64,000 bases of DNA from NCBI GenBank assembly GCA_950097015.1, contig CATNEN010000010.1, forward strand, positions 868,001-932,000, read 5' to 3'. Below, piece after piece: positions 59,401-64,000 of this stretch. The stretch is from Macrostomum hystrix. Taxonomy: Eukaryota > Animalia > Platyhelminthes. Each line of letters begins with the position of its first letter. Position 1 is the first letter of the stretch. The translations under genes were made by a program, and so were the position numbers. Below the pieces are notes generated by a model. It ran no database searches and was not told the origin of the DNA. It worked only from the letters and a program-made list of their open reading frames with translations.

Positions 59401-62400
59401 CGTTAGACACTTCCATAACCCGTTAGACACTTCCATAACCCGTTAGACACTTCCCTAACCCGTTAGACACTTCCATAACCCGTTAGACACTTCCCTAACC
59501 CGTTAGACACTTCCCTAACCCGTTAGACACTTCCCTAACCCGTTAGACACTTCCCTAACCCATCAGACACTTCCATAACCCATCAGACACTTCCCTAACC
59601 CATCATACACTTCCCTAACCCATCAGACACTTCCCTAACCCATCATACACTTCCCTAACCCATCAGACACTTCCCTAACCCATCAGACACTTCCCTAACC
59701 CATCAGACACTTCCATAACCCATCAGACACTTCCCTAACCCATCAGACACTTCCCTAACCCGTTAGACACTTCCCTAACCCATCAGACACTTCCATAACC
59801 CATCAGACACTTCCCTAACCCGTTAGACACTTCCCTAACCCGTTAGACACTTCCCTAACCCATCAGACACTTCCCTAACCCATCAGACACTTCCCTAACC
59901 CGTTAGACACTTCCCTAACCCGTTAGACACTTCCCTAACCCATCAGACACTTCCCTAACCCATCAGACACTTCCCTAACCCATCAGACACTTCCCTAACC
60001 CGTTAGACACTTCCCTAACCCGTTAGACACTTCCCTAACCCATCAGACACTTCCCTAACCCATCAGACACTTCCACAACCCGTTAGACACTTCCCTAACC
60101 CGTTAGACACTTCCCTAACCCATCAGACACTTCCCTAACCCATCAGACACTTCCCTAACCCATCAGACACTTCCCTAACCCGTTAGACACTTCCATAACC
60201 CGTTAGACACTTCCCTAACCCGTTAGACACTTCCCTAACCCATCAGACACTTCCCTAACCCGTTAGACACTTCCCTAACCCATCAGACACTTCCCTAACC
60301 CATCAGACACTTCCCTAACCCATCAGACACTTCCATAACCCGTTAGACACTTCCATAACCCGTTAGACACTTCCATAACCCGTTAGACACTTCCCTAACC
60401 CGTTAGACACTTCCATAACCCGTTAGACACTTCCCTAACCCGTTAGACACTTCCCTAACCCGTTAGACACTTCCCTAACCCGTTAGACACTTCCCTAACC
60501 CATCAGACACTTCCATAACCCATCAGACACTTCCCTAACCCATCAGACACTTCCCTAACCCATCAGACACTTCCCTAACCCATCAGACACTTCCCTAACC
60601 CATCAGACACTTCCCTAACCCATCAGACACTTCCCTAACCCATCAGACACTTCCATAACACATTAGACACTTCCATAACCCATCAGACATTTCCCTAACA
60701 CATCAGACATTCTCTTGTTAAACTTGTGGCTTCAAAAAATTTAGAGGATTTCACAAAAAATCGTAAATAAAAACGCAGAAATTCCCTCTCGGGTAGCGAG
60801 GGCACCCAGTTCCTATTATTTGAAACTGTAGCCGGCAAGGAAGGCCATAATAAAAAGCAGCTCGGGGCTCGGTCTGTGGCAGTTGCGCATTCTCTTTAAT
60901 TCAGACAGGTGGAGCCGGGCAAGCAGTTTTCAGCGAGTTCAGGCTGGGCTTCGAGAGCCGTATGTACTCGTAATAGCGCAAGCGAGGAGATATAAAATTT
61001 AATTAGATAAAAACAACAGCAGGCAAACTAGCAAGGGAAAGACGATACAGATTCTCTTTGTGAACGCATCAAAGTGAATTCTGAGCACAAAAGGATTTTT
61101 CAGGACAACTAAGCAACGGGATTAGTTCTCACAACTTGGAGATAAGTTTCAAGGCAAACTGTACGTAGTCGGATGAATAGGGTGTCCAACAAGTAGGGTG
61201 TCCAACAAATAGACGGTTGGTTGGGCCAGGCGTACATTGGGGAGGTTGGTTGGGCCAGGCGTACATTGGGGAGGTTGGTTGGGCCAGGCGTACATTGGGG
61301 AGGTTGGTTGGGCCAGGCGTACATTGGGGAGGTTGGTTGGGCCAGGCGTACATTTGGGAGGTTGGTTGGGCCAGGCGTACATTGGGGTGGTTGGTTGGGC
61401 CAGGCATACATTGGGGTGGTTGGGCCAGGCGTACATCGGGGAGGTTGGTTGGGCCAGGCGTACATTGGGGAGGTTGGTTGGGCCAGGCGTACATTGGGGT
61501 GGTTGGTTGGGCCAGGCGTACATTGGGGAGGTTGGTTGGGCCAGGCGTACATTGGGGTGGTTGGTTGGGCCAGGCGTACATTGGGGAGGTTGATTGGGCC
61601 AGGCGTACATTGGGGAGGTTGGTTGGGCCAGGCGTACATTGGGGTGGTTGGTTGGGCCAGGCGTACATTGGGGAGGTTGGTTGGGCCAGGCGTACATTGG
61701 GGTGGTTGATTGGGCCAGGCTTACATTGGGGAGGTTGGTTGGGCCAGGCGTACATTTGGGAGGTTGGTTGGGCCAGGCGTACATTGGGGAGGTTGGTTGG
61801 GCCAGGCGTACATTGGGGAGGTTGGTTGGGCCAGGCGTACATTGGGGAGGTTGGTTGGGCCAGGCGTACATTGGGGAGGTTGGTTGGGCCAGGCGTACAT
61901 TTGGGAGGTTGGTTGGGCCAGGCGTACATTGGGGTGGTTGGTTGGGCCAGGCATACATTGGGGTGGTTGGGCCAGGCGTACATCGGACTGGTTGACTGAG
62001 GGATGGGTACATTGGAGATCAAAGCAATCGAAACCATATATATCAGAAGCCCAAGCCCAAATCTTAGCGGCCACAGCAGACCTGAATATCCGAGAATGAA
62101 GATGACTTTTTTAACGCCGGCTTGCGCACAACAACATCGCCAACACTGGAGTCCAGGCTGAGCTCGATGGGCGGCACTGGTGGCCTGTGGCGAATGACCA
62201 GCCGGTCAGCCTGGTTGCTGTGCGTCTCTTCGTCCTCTTCATCATCGTCTTCGTCATACTCGGCGCTGTCGGCGGTGAAGGAGCGGACGTGATGCTCAGT
62301 GCTGAAGCGCAGTTGCTTTGGCGACTTCGGCGTCATCGGAGGCTGCGACGGATCCTGTGAGCGATGCTGCTGCTGCTGCTGTTTTGGCTGCTTCTGAGTC

Positions 62401-63146
62401 GACGGCGCGGCATCAGTGGTTCGGCGTAGGAATCGAGCTCCGTCGCGGCCGATGCTCTGGCTTTCGCTCTCGGTGAGGTAGTCCAGGCTGGTCCGGTGCC
62501 TGTACAGCTGGTGCCGCATCTCGTCCTCGGCTTCGCGCGCCTCTGCCGGCGTCGGCTGAAGGCGAACCTTGCGAGACTTTGGCCGGTCTGGATCGGTCAG
62601 ACTGGATGACAGGCTGGTGGAAACAGCAGCAGGCTGCTGCTGCTGCGGCTGCTTAGATCGTTGCGAGGTTAGACGACTGACTTTATCCAGCACGGCGCTG
62701 TGCCTGCCAGGCACCGACTGCTGCTGCAGTTGGTGCTGGGGCTGCTGAATGTTTGATCGCTTAGGCGGAGCCGAGCTGGGCTGAGGCTGCGGCGGCTGCG
62801 ACTTCTGAGGCTGCTGGGTCGAGGTCAAACTGGCCGGCTTATTCGATGACTTCAGAAAGCGGCTGGCAGCGGCTGCCCGAGCGCCGCCGGAGCTGCTGCT
62901 GGTCAGGGAGACGTCGGAGACATCGGAGCCGAGATGTACTTTTTGTCGACGATGTGACTGCTGCTGGTGCGGCTTCTTCTTACGGTCGGCGGCGTCAGAA
63001 GAAAGTGCCGTCTGCTGGCGCACCTCCTGCAGGAAGTCGTTCAACTGAGCCTCCTCCGTCTCGGCGCTCTGCCGGCGATAGTCGCCACGCAGCTGGCGGC
63101 TGGTTCGCTCCAGCAGCTTCGAGGTGGAGGCTCGAGAGGAGATCGC
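56440..63146 (-). CDS. C19orf44/DUF4614-like protein; first and last exons unresolved
   Basis: Exons 63146-62082, 58134-57377 and 56791-56440 are in compatible phase. The C-terminal [40 protein letters not shown]...YTTVEDTRE matches the recalled DUF4614 domain. The listed ORF start at 63152 is a TTG inside an acceptor site. Confidence 0.75.
58663..60710 (+). repeat. 20-bp intronic satellite (~100 copies) containing the telomere hexamer CCCTAA
   Basis: Unit CACTTCCCTAACCCATCAGA with variants CCGTTAGA, CCATAACC and CATCATAC. Confidence 0.98.
61214..61985 (+). repeat. 29-bp G-rich intronic minisatellite, ~26 copies
   Basis: Unit GTTGGTTGGGCCAGGCGTACATTGGGG(A/T)G, preceded by a short duplication TAGGGTGTCCAACA x2 at ~61178-61208. 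Confidence 0.97.
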
Positions 63147-64000
63147 CTGCAATGGGGCGCATTGAGCGAGAGGATGGAGATATTTTCAAGCGAATCATTT
63201 ACGATCGGAACTCTAATCTGACAGTGTTAAGGGATGACAGTATGCTGACACAGCTTCATGACACAGTCTTGGCTAGAGAACTGGTCCCACGCACCCAGCA
63301 TTTCCCAGCTCTATACTGAACTTGATGGCAGCACGAAGGAAAACCCTAAAAGCGCAGGCAAAGCAGTGGCAGAAGCTGTTATCACTAGATAAGGCCTCAG
63401 CAAAGCTATCCCCAGACCAAAGCAGACTGGAAGCAATCGTGCAGCCTAAAATATCCCATCCAGGGCAAGAGCAAAGACAATCTCCATGCTTCAAAGAATT
63501 CCAGAAAAAAATCTGTAGCAATTTTTGCTCCATCCTGCAAAGCCCATCGATGAGCTGATTTCCTGAGATAAGACCGTAGAAAAAATTGGCCTGTTCTTGA
63601 GCATCTTTAGAGCAAAAATACTCTCTAGCGAAAAGGTGCGACGCTGAACGAACTTACAGTCTGGTACTGTGTTATACATAAACCACAGGTATATTTGTTC
63701 AATTCATTGAGACGCCTACCATATTATGCATTAAGTATAACAACAAGATTCTAATCTTGAAAAGGGTCAATAATATCGAGCCGTCATCCGTCTCGTATTC
63801 TAGTTGCCCATCGGTGGAGGTTCAGCAGCCGCTGCAACTCCCAGGCCTCTCTCGTCTTCGCTCGGATATCTGTAAAAAATGCTGATATCCGCTATCACCG
63901 AACAGCACTGCAAGTTCTCTCTCTACAAATCCCAAACACCTCAACTCTCCAGACTTCCCAAATTGCTAGCTAATTATTTCCACCTAAATTCTATATGCTC

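Noticed and set aside
58663-60710. True telomere or classical interstitial (TTAGGG)n
   Set aside because: Hexamers are isolated within a 20-bp unit, never tandem, and lie inside an intron.
61109-62099. Long ORFs on both strands (e.g. 302 aa PTSPMYAWPNQ repeats, GWLGQAYIG repeats)
   Set aside because: These are artefacts of a stop-free 29-bp minisatellite inside an intron.
63780-63870. Terminal exon of an off-window gene or upstream exon of the C19orf44-like gene
   Set aside because: There is an acceptor-like TTTTACAG on the minus strand, but all frames stop within ~30 codons and none is recognisable.

Overview
Eukaryotic (animal) genomic DNA with GT-AG introns, GC3-rich exons and many unrelated intronic minisatellites. 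The style resembles the flatworm Macrostomum; this is an inference and not confirmed. Host genes, left to right: first coding exon of a class A peptide GPCR (-), 4E-T/EIF4ENIF1 (+), a CRAL-TRIO/Sec14 protein (+), thioredoxin (+), tRNA-Pro(AGG) (-), a GT32 glycosyltransferase (-), a very large adhesion GPCR with a Thr-rich stalk and about six LamG-like domains (-), ZO-1/TJP1 (-), a two-domain C-type lectin (+) and a C19orf44/DUF4614-like gene (-). The 7.5-20 kb block is nearly all transposon-derived. It holds an IS630/Tc1-like element with D30E spacing and a -1 frame break, a 3.06 kb BED-finger element with perfect 20-bp TIRs and an exact 10-bp TSD, a Merlin fragment bracketed by an inverted repeat, and a decayed hAT-layout transposase. 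The most unusual items are the 10-bp-TSD element, the LamG-array adhesion GPCR, the DD30E element, and minisatellites that multiply splice-site-like or telomere-like motifs. All calls were made by eye and by motif recall; no database searches were run.
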